Source: Mustelus asterias (Eukaryota). Taken from it: 64,000 bases of DNA. The position numbers were made by a program, and so were the translations under genes. Shown in pieces: positions 37,543-49,405 of this stretch (positions within the stretch are counted from its first letter, which is position 1; each line of letters begins with the position of its first letter). A model generated the notes under the pieces. The model was not told the origin of the DNA. It searched no databases and saw only the letters and a list, made by a program, of their open reading frames with translations. The stretch spans positions 9,734,001 to 9,798,000 of the forward strand of contig NC_135830.1 of NCBI RefSeq assembly GCF_964213995.1. Direction: 5' to 3'.

Positions 37543-37895
37543 ATGGCCTCGTGGTATTATCGCTAGGTGTTAATGCAGAAACTCAGCAAATTTTCTGGGG
37601 ACCCAGATTCGAATACCGCCATGGCAGATGGTGGAATTTGAATTCAATTCAAAACATCTGGAATTAAGAATCGAGTGATGACCATGAAACCATTGTCAGA
37701 AAAACCCATCTGGTTCGCTAATGTCCTTTAGGGAAGGAAATCTGCTGTCTTTACCCGGTCTGGTCTACATGTGACTCCAGGGCCACAGCAATGTGGTTGA
37801 CTCTCAGCTGCCCTCTAAACAAGGGCAACTAGGGATGGGTAATAAATGCTGGCCAGTCAGCGGCACCTGTGTCCCACATATGAATAAAAAAAACA
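37543..37895 (+). mobile_element. tRNA-derived SINE, second family
   Basis: TGGCCTCGTGGTA (A box) ..GATTCGAATACC (B box); 3' end AAGGGCAACTAGGGATGGG.AATAAATGCTGGCC and A-rich tail. Confidence 0.7.
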
Positions 37896-38189
37896 GAGAG
37901 AGAAGATTGAGTCTCTGTAAATTCGATGTTGTCTCAGACAGAGAAGAGAGATTGAAGGTGTTTGGTGCTTTTTTAGAGAGAGATAACCTGAGAATAAAAA
38001 AATTAAGTGAGTTTCAGCACTATCTGACATAAAAAAGTTAAATGAATGAGTGTCTGAGAGAAAGATAGAGGTTAAGTGACTGAGACAGTATTTGAGAGAG
38101 AGGTTAAGGGAGTGAAAGGAGCGTGTTTAATTGAGTGGTGAGGTGGAAGGTAAGTGAAATGAGTGTCTGAGAGGAGAGCGATGTTAAGT

Positions 38190-38570
38190 GAGTCAGTATC
38201 TGACAGAGGAGAGATATTAAGTGAGTACCTGACAGAGAGGAGAGATATTGAGTATCTGACAGAGAGGAGAGATATTGAGTATCTGACAGAGAGGAGAGAT
38301 ATTAAGTGAGTATCTGACAGAGAGGAGAGATATTGAGTATCTGACAGAGAGGAGAGATATTGAGTATCTGACAGAGAGGAGAGATATTAAGTGAGTACCT
38401 GACAGAGAGGAGAGATATTGAGTATCTGACAGAGAGGAGAGATATTGAGTATCTGACAGAGAGGAGAGATATTGAGTATCTGACAGAGAGGAGAGATATT
38501 AAGTGAGTACCTGACGGAGGGGAGAGATATTAAGTGAGTATCTGACAGAGAGGAGAGATATTAAGTGAGT
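38190..38570. repeat. Minisatellite, 27/31-bp units x ~13
   Basis: GAGTATCTGACAGAGAGGAGAGATATT(AAGT) repeated in tandem. Confidence 0.92.
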
Positions 38571-39491
38571 GAGAAGAGGTTCACACAACTGAGGATCACT
38601 GAGAATAATCCAAAATAAGGAGATCACCCAGAAAACTACCAATAGGAATCTTCAGCTGAACACATCATTCATTCTTAAAGGGACAGTTGGGGCTTGATGC
38701 TGTTCAGTTTCCAGTTAAAGGGACAGGCACAGCTTCACTCTTCTCTCTATTCTGTTTATAATGGTTAAAGGTTGATAGCAGTGAGGTTTATTTAAAAGGA
38801 CAGTGTGTGGGAAGCCACATCAATAAAACTGGGAATTCTTGGACACGCTGTAGCTCCTTTTTATCTGGGAATCAAATTGTTGTCTAATTGTCCCAGCAGA
38901 TAACAGGTTCCTTTGAACTCTCCAGCTGCTACTTTAATGCAGACTTTAACCAATTTATTTTAAGCTGGTTTCTGTTCAATAAACTGTCACTGACAAACAA
39001 ACACATTGAAATATTTTTGACTTTTCTGCTTTTTCAGTCTGGAAATCTAATCCTGCCGTTTCACTCTCAGTCAGGAACAGATCCCAGTTTTGCACCAATC
39101 TCTGATTTAGCAGCATGCTTCCAGCATTCACTGTTGTTCTTCCTGACTCTAAACACAGTTGTAAAGGAACTTCTGTCTAGGAGCGCTGAAACATGGAAGG
39201 GAGCGACTGAGGTTCTTGCACATCTCAGGATTAAACCACACGGGTACTTTGCTGTCGTGAAGAGAGATGAGGAAGAGCAAAGTGCTGTTTGTCCCTCTCT
39301 GTGACCCTGAAGGACTGCGTCCTGTTTGCCATATGATCCTCCCCTTGTCCTTTCTGAGCTCCAGCCTGGTGATGTGGGGTCAGGCGGGAAAGACAAAAAT
39401 CTACAACAATTTTAAAAACAAAGCTGGTATATTTCATATTTATTCAGAACATTAAACCTCAACGGATGAAGACTGTCAGAGTGAACACGAT

Positions 39492-40640
39492 TCAGTCCTG
39501 GATATGATTACCAGCATCAATAAGAGTAGAATCCAAACCTTGCAGTCCCTTGTGAACTCGCCGGTGTGTTAGCAGGTGGGAGGACTGAATAAATCCCTTT
39601 CCACAGACATTACAGGTGAACGGCCTCTCCCCAGTGTGAACTCGCTGGTGTTTCAGAAGATCAGATAAATGAGAAAATCCCTTCCCACAAACAGAGCAGG
39701 TAAACGGCCTCTCCGCACTGTGAACTTTCTGGTGTGTCAGCAGGTTGGATGACTGACTGAATCCCTTCCCACACACAGAGCAGGTGAACGGCCTCTCTCC
39801 AGTGTGAACTCGCTGGTGATTCAATAGATTGGATGAACGAGTGAATCCCTTCCCACACACGGAGCAAGTGAATGGCCTCTCCTCACTGTGAACCTGCTGG
39901 TGTGTCAGAAGGTTGTATGAACGGGTGAATCCCTTCCCACATTCAGAGCAGGTGAACGGTCGATCCCCTGTGTGGAGCTGCTGGTGAATCAGAAGGTTGG
40001 ATGAATTAATGAATCCCTTCCCACAGTCTGAGCAGGTGAAGGGCCTCTCCCCAGTGTGAATTATCTGATGGTTCAATAGGGCAGATGGGCGGCTGAATCC
40101 CTTCCCACACACACAGCAGGTGAATGGCCTCTCCCCAGTGCGAGTATATTGGTGCGTCAGCAGATCCTTTTTATTTTTAAAGCTCTTCTCACAGTGAGAA
40201 CAATTAAAAAGTTTGTTATCAGAGTGAACAAGTTGATGTGTCTGCAGGTGGGGTGACTGAATGAATCCTTTCCCACACACAGAGCAGGTGAACGGTCTCT
40301 CCCCAGTGTGAATACGTTGGTGTGTCAGCAGATCCTTTTTGCATTTAAAACTCTTCTCACAGTCAGAACATGTAAACAGTCTCTCATCAGTGTGAACAAG
40401 TTGGTGTGTCACAATGTGGGATGAGCGAGTGAATCCCTTCCCACACACAGGGCAGGTGAACGGCCTCTCCCCAGTGTGAACCCGTTGGTGAGTCAGAAGA
40501 TTGTATGAATGGGTGAATCCCTTCCCACAGACGGAGCAGGTGAACGGTCTCTCCCCAGTGTGACTGCGCCGATGAACTTCCAATTGTGATGGGAAACCGA
40601 ATCCCTTCCCACAATCCACACATTCCCACGGTTTCTCCAT
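39492..40640 (-). CDS. Tandem C2H2 zinc-finger protein, 13 fingers (one degenerate)
   Basis: Intact ORF; MEKPWEC start at 40640 (ACCATGG); acceptor at ~41001. Confidence 0.92.
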   Translation of the reverse strand: MEKPWECVDCGKGFGFPSQLEVHRRSHTGERPFTCSVCGKGFTHSYNLLTHQRVHTGERPFTCPVCGKGFTRSSHIVTHQLVHTDERLFTCSDCEKSFKCKKDLLTHQRIHTGERPFTCSVCGKGFIQSPHLQTHQLVHSDNKLFNCSHCEKSFKNKKDLLTHQYTRTGERPFTCCVCGKGFSRPSALLNHQIIHTGERPFTCSDCGKGFINSSNLLIHQQLHTGDRPFTCSECGKGFTRSYNLLTHQQVHSEERPFTCSVCGKGFTRSSNLLNHQRVHTGERPFTCSVCGKGFSQSSNLLTHQKVHSAERPFTCSVCGKGFSHLSDLLKHQRVHTGERPFTCNVCGKGFIQSSHLLTHRRVHKGLQGLDSTLIDAGNHIQD

Positions 40641-41229
40641 GGTGCTGGTGTCCTTGTGCTTCTCCAAGTTGGATGATCAGTTAAAGCCTGGTCCACACAC
40701 ACAACATACATATAGTTTCACCCTGCTGTGAAAAGTGTTATGTTTCTTCAGGCTGTGTAACTGGTTAAAGATCTTTCCACAGTCAGTTCGCTGGAACACT
40801 CTCACTTGGGTGTGTGTTTGTCCCGATGCTTTTCCAGTCACACTGATGTTAAATTTCTTTGCCCACAGGCAGAACAGACAAATATTTCTCCTTCCACATT
40901 CAAAGGCCGATGATATTCAGCTCCTAAGGAACTGAATGACTTTGTCAGATGTGATGTCCGGTTTGAGTTTTCCGACTGCCGTTCCTTCACTTCGAATATC
41001 CTGTAAAAAAGTTTAGAAAAGTCATCACTGTCAGAACTGGATAAAAATTCTGAACAATTCCAGTTTCTCTGGAACATTTTTTCCTCTCTTGTTCCCCCAA
41101 ATCTGTAAATCCCCGTCCCACACACTCTCCCTCCTCCCTGGGCTGAAATCCAAACCCATCTCCACCATTTCTTTCCTCCACTCCCAGTTTTCTCCCACCC
41201 TCTCCTCTGTCTGGGTTCAGTTCATGATG

Positions 41230-41425
41230 TGGTTTTAAGACTTGATGAGCTGTAAGTATTCGCATTCCAACCATTATTCTGTAAATTGAGTTTGTGTCTT
41301 TATATGCCCTGTTTGTGAACAGAATTCCCACTCACCTGATGAAGGAGCAGCGCTCCGAAAGCTTGTGGCTTTTGCGACCAAATAAACCTGTTGTACTTTA
41401 ACCTGGTGTTGTTAAACTTCTTACT
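41230..41425 (+). mobile_element. Penelope-like terminal repeat (family 1) in ZNF intron
   Basis: Matches 7025-7222; flanked by GGGTTCAGTTC on both sides (possible target duplication). Confidence 0.75.
41333..41367 (+). ncRNA. Minimal hammerhead ribozyme motif
   Basis: CAC CTGATGA A GGAGC-AGC-GCTCC GAA AGCT T GTG. Confidence 0.75.
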
Positions 41426-41479
41426 GGGTTCAGTTCTCCAGCTCCTGTCTGCAGACTGACAATAAAACCAATGGGTCTT

Positions 41480-42030
41480 ATTGGGGGTGTTGGGGCCTCC
41501 AGCGGGTGTTTGTGAATCCTTCCCGCCCTCCTCCCAGGGTTTCCTTCCTTCCCAGAGATCAGAGTCCTCATTGATTTGAGGCCAAAGTGTAACCTCTTAT
41601 TTATTGTCCCCCTCCCCCATCCTCTGATGTGAACCATCCTCCAGTGGCTGAGCCAGGATGGGGCCGTTAACCTGGGCCTGTTCCCGGGAGGGAGGGAGGG
41701 AGGGAGAAGCCCCGCAGCTGCAAACCAGGGAGCTGACAATGATTCTGAAGGGTTTGCGGATCCACAAAGTGTTTCCAAATCCTCCCAGCCACCGCCTAAC
41801 GCTGACTCCGCTTCTCCGGGACAAACAAGCGCCAAGGCCAGCAATGACACTGCGCATGCTCCACATCACAATGCCCGGGCACTGATTGACGGCAGCTCCG
41901 GACCAATAGGAAGAGGGGGCGGGGCTGGGGGACCGAGCGGGAGCGGCTGGTCCTCCAACCAATCAGAGTGAATGAGAGGCGGGGCTGAGCCCGGATCTCC
42001 CTCATTGGCTGAAACTCTGCATCATTGTGA
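41480..42030 (-). promoter_or_regulatory. Promoter/first exon region of the 40-kb ZNF
   Basis: NRF1 TGCGCATGC (~41851), CCAAT x3, GC boxes; near-identical to 28965-29400 and 6395-6580. Confidence 0.72.
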
Positions 42031-43087
42031 AAGCTGCTTTGTGTCAAACTCCAGGAGAAAACTGGACCTTTCTGTTTGTGGCTTCAAACAGATGAGCGGA
42101 AAGGAAGAGATCTGGAAAGCAGCAGACACCAGGTTATTCTGGGAGAAATAGGACCTCTGCAATGTCAAGTTTTACACAGCACACGGGCAGCCTGTGGTTT
42201 CACCCTGGATGGAGAATCTCCGAATTGCATCATTCAAATCACTCCATGGAATTCTCAGGAACCACATTGTTTGTTTGGAGAGGAAGGCTTGTAGTACAGT
42301 TAATGAAAAGCAGCACACAGCTAAACACAGAGGCCCACACATTCTCTCCCGCAGTCACACACAAACGGACATCTTCTCAACGCACAGAAACCCACGTATA
42401 TCAACAGGTACATGCACAGAGGATATACGCAGATTTACTCCATGATACACACATGGATACACTTACTCACACACAAATATACACACGGGACACTTACTGT
42501 CCTTTGGGGCGGACAACGCTCTCCCACCTGTCTAATATTCGGGATAAAGCCACAAAGTTCAAGAAATTTCGGGAAAAATGACCCTCCAAGGACAACGAGC
42601 AGTCTTGACCATCCAATATTCGACCTTCTTCTCTGAAACAGAATCTTACATTCAGCACAGAAACAACAACAAACACTAACATTAAACATTCCGTTCCCAC
42701 CCTATGTTATCAGGCCCATTTGGAGATAGTAGACAATGCAGAATATCTCAGGATAATTGCAGCCACTAATTTTCCTTTTGTAATTACAGAAATGCTCATC
42801 CTCTCATATTGATCATCTAGTTGTTGAAGGAAATATTGATCGTCTCGTTATTGAAGGAAATTCTAAGACAGGTTAGAAGGAGAAAAAAAATCTAATGTTA
42901 TTGTAACTCTGCAGTCCAATATTCCCTTGGCCCTAATCCTTGCTGCTCTAATCTGATAGGATTAGATGTATTGCACAATACCTAGCAGGTGCCATTGACA
43001 TTGTACATCTTCGTTATCAATAATACTCCTAACTTAGTATCATCCACAAACTTACTAACCATGCATTGTACATTCACATCCAAATTT

Positions 43088-44310
43088 GTTTTGATTTGAT
43101 TGGATTTATTATTGTCAAATATATACAGTGAAAAGTATTGTTTCTTGCGTGCTATACAGACAAAGCATAACATTCATGGAGAAGGAAAGGAGAGAGTGCA
43201 GAATGTAGTGTTACAGTCATAGCTAGGGTGTAGAGAAAGATCAACTTAGTGCGACGTAAGTCCATTCAAAAATCTGATGGCAGCAGAGAAGAAGATGTTC
43301 TTGAGTTGGTTGGTATGTGACTTCAAGATTTTATATCTTTTTCCCGACAGAAGAAGGTGGAAGGTGGACATTGACCTACACAAGAAAGCCAGATACAATC
43401 GAAAGATGCCAAAAGACAATACCAGACCAAGCTAGAGTCCCAGGCAAGCCACACCGACCCCAATTATGGCAAGGTCTGCAAGACATAACAGGCTACAAGA
43501 TGAAGGCATATAAAATTGCCAGCTCCAACGCACCCCTCCCTGATGAGCTCAATGCATTCTACGCCCGTTTTGAGAAAGTGGTCAGCAAGAGCATGCCCTC
43601 CACCCTGGAAGCCCTGGATGAACCTGTATCTGGGGTCACCACTTCAGATGTCAGAGCAGCTTTGTTGAAGGTCAACCCACGGAAAGCAACTGACCCAGAT
43701 GGGGTACCTGGAAATGCACTCAGATCCTGCGCGGATTAGCTGGCAGAGGTATTCACAGACATCTTCAACCTCTCTTTACAAGAATCTGAGGTCCCTATCT
43801 GCTTCAAGAAGATGACCATCATCCCGGTACCTAAGAAAAATCAAGCAGCATGCCTTAATGACTATCGGCGGTGGCTCTGACATCCATCATTATGAAGTGC
43901 TTCGAAAGGTTAGTCATGGCACAAGTCAATTCCAGCCTCCCGGACTACCTGGATCCACTACAGTTTGCCTACCACTGCAACAGGTCCACAGCAGACGCCA
44001 TTTCCCTGGCCCTGCACTCAACCCTGGAACACCTAGATAACAAGGACACCTATGTCAGGCTCCTATTTATTGACTACAGCTCAGCTTTCAACACTATTAT
44101 TCCCAAGAAACTCCTCTCCAAACTCCATGGCCTGGGCCTTGGCACCTCCTTCTCTGACTGGATCCTGAACTTCCTAATTCATAGACCACAATCAGCAAGG
44201 ATAGGCAACAACACCTACTCCATGATCATCCTCAACATTAGTGCCCCACAAGGCTGTGTTCTCAGCCCCCTACTATACTCCTGATACACCTATGACTGTG
44301 CGGAAAAATT
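43088..44310. mobile_element. Rex1/Babar-like LINE with inverted structure (3' tail on -, RT piece on +)
   Basis: ORFs 43317..43739 and 43871..44284 ([43 protein letters not shown]); tail at 43088-43365 on the opposite strand. Confidence 0.85.
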
Positions 44311-44364
44311 TGACACATGACAGGTAGACATCAACACGCATGCTATAATTGACCTCAGAATCCT

Positions 44365-44670
44365 CGGGTGGCACAGTGGTTAGCACGGCTGCCTCAGCGC
44401 CAGGGACCTGGATTCAATTCCCAGCTTGGGTAACTGTCTATGTGTCATTTGCACATTCTCTCCGTGTGGGTTTCCTCTGGGCGCTCCGGTTTCCTCCCAC
44501 ACTACAAAGATGTGTGGGTTAGGTGGATTGGCCATGCTAAATTGCCCCTTAGTATCAGGGGACTACTAGGGTAAATGCATGGGGTTATGGGGATAGGACC
44601 TAGGTGGGAATGTGGTCAGTGAAGACTCGATGGGCCGAATGGCCTCCTTCTGTACGTAGGATTCTATGAT
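44365..44670 (+). mobile_element. HE1-like SINE
   Basis: GTGGCACAGTGGTTAGCAC head; GGATTCTATGATT tail. Confidence 0.82.
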
Positions 44671-44992
44671 TAAGACAAAAAGAAATAAGAACAGGAGAAG
44701 GCAGATCGGCCCCTCAGGCCTGCTCCAGCATTCAATAGGATCATGGCTGACCCAACATTCCTCACATCCACTTTCCTGCCCTTTCCCCATAACCCCTGAT
44801 TCCCTTATTGATCAAAAATCTAACTCAGCCTTAAATATACCACAAGGATTTTGCTCCCATAGCTCTCTCTGGCAAGGAATTCCAAAGACTCACAACGCCC
44901 TGAGAGAAGAAATTCCTCTTCATCTCAGACTTGAATTGGCTTCAGGAGGTTAAAATCCTGTTTTGTTTCCCCTGCTGATTTATCTCCAGTGA

Positions 44993-45327
44993 CCAGACAA
45001 TCGGAGTGAATGAGGGGCGGGGCTGGAGGACTGAGCGGGACAGCCTGGTCCTCCAGCCAATCGGAGTGAATAAGGGGCGGGGCGGGAGGACCAAGCGGGA
45101 CAGCCTGGTCCTCCAGCCAATAGGAGTGAATGAAGGGCGGGACTGGAGGACCGAGGGGGACAGTCTGGTCCTCCAGCCAATGGGAGTGAATGAGGGGCGG
45201 GGCTGGTGGACGGGGCGGGACAGCCTGGTCCTCCAGCCAATCGGAGTGAATGAGGGGAGGGGCTGCAGGACCGTACGGGAGAGCCTGGTCCTCCAGCCAA
45301 TGGGAGTGAATGAGGGGCGGGGCTGAG
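44993..45327 (+). repeat. 60-bp tandem array of CCAAT + GC-box units (~5.5 copies)
   Basis: Unit CCAATCGGAGTGAATGAGGGGCGGGGCTGGAGGACnnnGCGGGACAGCCTGGTCCTCCAG with exact 60-bp period. Confidence 0.93.
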
Positions 45328-45930
45328 TGCGGACCCCCATTGTGATCTGGAGCATGCGCATTGCCGCTCACAGTTGAGGATTGAGGCGGTTGTGGGAATT
45401 ATCAGCCCGGGAGATACCGCCGGATAAATCAGGAACGAGAGACGGAGCCGGTGGGTGGGTTGGTTTGGAGGCTTCATAAGACATGCTGTATAGGCCCCAA
45501 GTCCTCATACGAAGCTCGGATTCGGTATTTAAACGGATGACAGCTGCTCGGGCTTTACCCTCAGACAGGCCCGGGTGAACGGCCGCCATCTTGAGACGGG
45601 CACAGCTTGCGGCGGAGCGCGTGCGCAGACAGAGGGAGTTCCAGGCTCAGTCCAGATCCCGATTGAATCTGATTGGTTGGAGGACCAGCGTCTCCCGCTC
45701 GGTCATCCGGCCCCGCCTCCTCTTCCTATTGGTCCGGAGCCGCCGTCAATCAGTCCCCGGGCATTGTGAGCGAAACAAACCCTTCAGAATCATTGTCAGC
45801 TCCCTGGTTTGCAGCTGCGGGGCTTCTCCCTCCCTCCCTCCCGGGAACAGGCCCAGGTTAACGGCCCCATCCTGGCTCAGCCACTGGAGGATGGTTCACA
45901 TCAGAGGATGGGGGAGGGGGACAATAAATC
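45328..45930 (+). promoter_or_regulatory. Tandem promoter modules upstream of the 47-kb ZNF
   Basis: GCATGCGCA NRF1 (~45352), YY1 CCGCCATCTT (~45583), ATTGG boxes, GC box; inverted homolog of 29070-29780. Confidence 0.68.
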
Positions 45931-46084
45931 ATCGAATCCCTACAGTGCAGAAGGAGGCCATTCGGCCCAGTGAGTCTGCACCGATCACAACCCCATCCCT
46001 CACTGTTTGTATGTTCCCACAACTCTGGGAGATGCCAGCCTCACACAGCCTGACCTCAGTTCTGGCAAGACCCATTCACCATTC

Positions 46085-46605
46085 TTTGATTTGATTTATT
46101 ATTGTCACGTGTATTATCATACAGTGAAAAGTATTGTTTCTTGCGCACTATACAGACAAAACATACCGTTCATAGAGAAGGAAATGAGAGGGTGCAGAAT
46201 GTAGTGTTACAGTTACAGCTAGGGTGTAGAGAAAAATCAACTTAATGCAAGGTAAGTCCATTCAAAAGTCCGACAACAGCAGGGAAGAAGTTGTTCTTGA
46301 GTCGGTTGGTACGTGACCTCAGACTTTTGTATCTTTTTCCCGACCGATAAAGATGGAAGAGAGAATGTCCGGGATGCATGAGGTCCTTAATTATGCTGGC
46401 TGCTTTGCCGAGGCAGCAGGAAGTGTAGCAGAGTCAATGGATTGGAGGCACATCTTTGGACTGTGGGAGGAAACTGGAGCACCCGGAGGAAACCCACGCA
46501 GACATGGGGAGAATGTGCAGACTCCATACAGAGAGTGACCCAAGCCAGGAATCAAACCTGGGTCCCTGGCGCTGTGAGGCAGCAGTGCTAAACACTGTGC
46601 CACCC
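46085..46605 (-). mobile_element. Rex1-like 3' tail (46085-46445) plus HE1-like SINE head (46445-46605)
   Basis: Tail matches 43088-43365; SINE head GGTGGCACAGTG..GCACTGCTGCCTCACAGC on minus strand. Confidence 0.75.
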
Positions 46606-47359
46606 CAGAGGGAGGGGGTGGAATCTGCAAGTAAGGAAAGGAATTGTGAAGATGGTGTGATGGATTTAGCAGGCTGATCAACTCTCATGGTGAAAATTAT
46701 GGTACAGCCTGCCCTGGAGTCCAAATGAATGGTGGATGGGTCTTGCCAGAACTGAGGTCAGGCTGTGTGGAAGTGGCGTCTGCCAGAGTTGTGGGAACAT
46801 GCAAACAGTGAGGGATGGGGTTGTATGCAATGAGAAAGCCTGGGACAGTGGACTCAAATACAGATCAATCCTGTTAAATATGGGACATAGTTAGCCTGGG
46901 AAGAGTGTGTGGGATGAGGAGTCACTGTTTTCAAGGCACAAGTAAAGACAGATGTATCATGAAAAATGTAATTCTGTTCAGAATTTCTCCATTTATAAAT
47001 TTTGTAAACTCCTTTTTCCAGGAAATTAGAGTGTGTGGATTTATGGACAGTAAGCTCAAACTGAACATCACAGAATGATCTGACAGAATCACTCAGTTCA
47101 CCACAGCCAATATCATCAGTGTTTGAATTTGGAAGGAGCAATGTTTGTCTGTGAGACCATTTCAAACATCAGTGTGACGGGAAAAGCATCAAAACACATC
47201 CTGGAATGAGAGTGCTGCAGAGCACTAACCGTGAAAGATCTTTAACTAGTTAAACAGCCTGTAAAAACATCAGACCGCTCGCAGCGGGGAGTAACTACAC
47301 GTACTCTGTGTGTGTTCAACTGATTCTGCAACCTGGAGAGTGACAAGGAAACTGGCACC

Positions 47360-47950
47360 ATGGAGAAACTGTGGAAATGTGAGGACTGTGGTAAAGGATA
47401 CAATTCTTCGTCCCGGCTGGAAATCCATCGACGTGTTCACACTGGGGAGAAGCCAGTCAGCTGTTCCGTGTGTGAGAGGAGATTCACTCAGTCATCTGCC
47501 CTTCGGTTACACCAGCGGCTTCACGCTGTGAAGAAGCCATTCAGCTGCACAACCTGTGGAGAGAAATTCCAGACTTCATCCCTTCTCACTGAACACCAGC
47601 GGATTCACACAGGTGCCAAACCATTCATTTGCTTTGTGTGTGGGATGGGATTCACTCAGATATTCGCTATCCAGTCACACCACAGAATGCACACGAAGGA
47701 GGATCCATTCAGGTGCACCACCTGTGGAGACAGTTTCAGGCAGTCAACCGACCTCAATAAACACCAACACACTCACACTGGGGAGAAGCCGTTCACCTGC
47801 TCCGTGTGTGGGAAGGGATTCCCTTGGTCATCCCAACTGCTGTCACATCGGCGAGTTCACACCGGGGGGAGACCGTTCACCTGCTCATTGTGTGGGGAGG
47901 GGTTCACTCAGTCACAACGTCTGTTGAGACACCAGCAAATTCACAAGTGA
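47360..47950 (+). CDS. Tandem C2H2 zinc-finger protein, 7 fingers (ZNF-B')
   Basis: Intact ORF MEKLWKC..HQQIHK; ACCATGG start; acceptor TTTTTCCAG at ~47021. Confidence 0.88.
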   Translation: MEKLWKCEDCGKGYNSSSRLEIHRRVHTGEKPVSCSVCERRFTQSSALRLHQRLHAVKKPFSCTTCGEKFQTSSLLTEHQRIHTGAKPFICFVCGMGFTQIFAIQSHHRMHTKEDPFRCTTCGDSFRQSTDLNKHQHTHTGEKPFTCSVCGKGFPWSSQLLSHRRVHTGGRPFTCSLCGEGFTQSQRLLRHQQIHK

Positions 47951-48275
47951 CTGTTTGCTGCTGTTAAAAACATTCAGGATCGATAGTCTGACAATATCTG
48001 GTTTGATTCTGCTGATGTTAACAATCCGATAACTAGCTAGAATCTGGAGATGTCACGATTTTTGGGCTGTTTTGTCCCTTTTTAAAATCGCCATCTGTGA
48101 TCTTTCTCCTCAATTCAAGAACCCTCAGCAGAAGTTTAGTTGCAAGAAAAGTTATGAAGTTTTCAAATTCAGTCCTAAATTGATCTTTGATACAAAATGT
48201 ACAATTCAGTGTCTGAAATGTTCCACTGATTAACATCTCCAATTAAAAAGTGCTGATTAATCCTTGCTGACAATT

Positions 48276-49404
48276 AGAACATAGAACATAGAAAGCCACA
48301 GCACAAACAGGCCCTTCGGCCCACAAGTTGCGCCGATCACATCCCCACCTCTAGGCCTATCTATAGCCCTCAATCCCATTAAATCCCATGTACTCATCCA
48401 GAAGTCTCTTAAAAGACCCCAACGAGTTTGCCTCCACCACCACCGACGTCAGCCGATTCCACTCACCCACCACCCTCTGAGTGAAAAACTTACCCCTGAC
48501 ATCCCCCCTGTACCTACCCCCCAGCACCTTAAACCTGTGTCCTCTCGTAGCAACCATTTCAGCCCTTGGAAATAGCCTCTGAGAGTCCACCCTATCCAGA
48601 CCCCTCAACATCTTGTAAACCTCTATCAGGTCACCTCTCATCCTTCGTCTCTCCAGGGAGAAGAGACCAAGCTCCCTCAACCTATCCTCATAAGGCATGC
48701 CCCCCAATCCAGGCAACATCCTTGTAAATCTCCTCTGCACCCTTTCAATGGCTTCAACATCTTTCCTGTAATGAGGTGACCAGAACTGCGCGCAGTACTC
48801 CAAGTGGGGTCTAACCAGGGTCCTATAAAGCTGCAGCATTATCTCCCGACTCCTAAACTCAATCCCTCGATTAATGAAGGCTAGTACGCCATACGCCTTC
48901 TTGACCGCATCCTCCACCTGCGAGGCCGATTTAAGAGTCCTATGGACCCGGACCCCAAGGTCCTTCTGATCCTCTACACTGCTAAGAATGGTACCCTTCA
49001 TTTTATACTGCTGCTCCATCCCATTGGATCTGCCAAAATGGATCACTACACACTTATCCGGGTTGAAGTCCATCTGCCACTTCTCCGCCCAGTCTTGCAT
49101 TCTATCTATGTCTCGCTGCAACTTCTGACATCCCTCCAAACTATCCACAACACCACCTACCTTGGTGTCGTCAGCAAACTTACCAACCCATCCCTCCACT
49201 TCCTCATCCAGGTCATTTATGAAAATGACAAACAGCAAGGGTCCCAGAACAGATCCCTGGGGCACTCCACTGGTCACTGACCTCCATGCAGAGAAAGACC
49301 CCTCCACAGCCACTCTCTGCCTTCTGCAGGCAAGCCAGTTCTGGATCCACAAGGCAACAGCCCCTTGGATCCCATGCCCTCTCACTTTCTCAAGAAGTCT
49401 TGCA
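48276..49404 (-). mobile_element. 5'-truncated CR1 LINE (uninterrupted RT C-terminus)
   Basis: ORF 48357..~49404 GVPQGSVLGP, FADD; (TTCTATG)n tail at 48276. Confidence 0.93.
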
Positions 49405-49405
49405 T

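Noticed and set aside
44925-45477. ORFs with 20-aa repeats
   Set aside because: By-product of the 60-bp GC-rich promoter array being open in several frames
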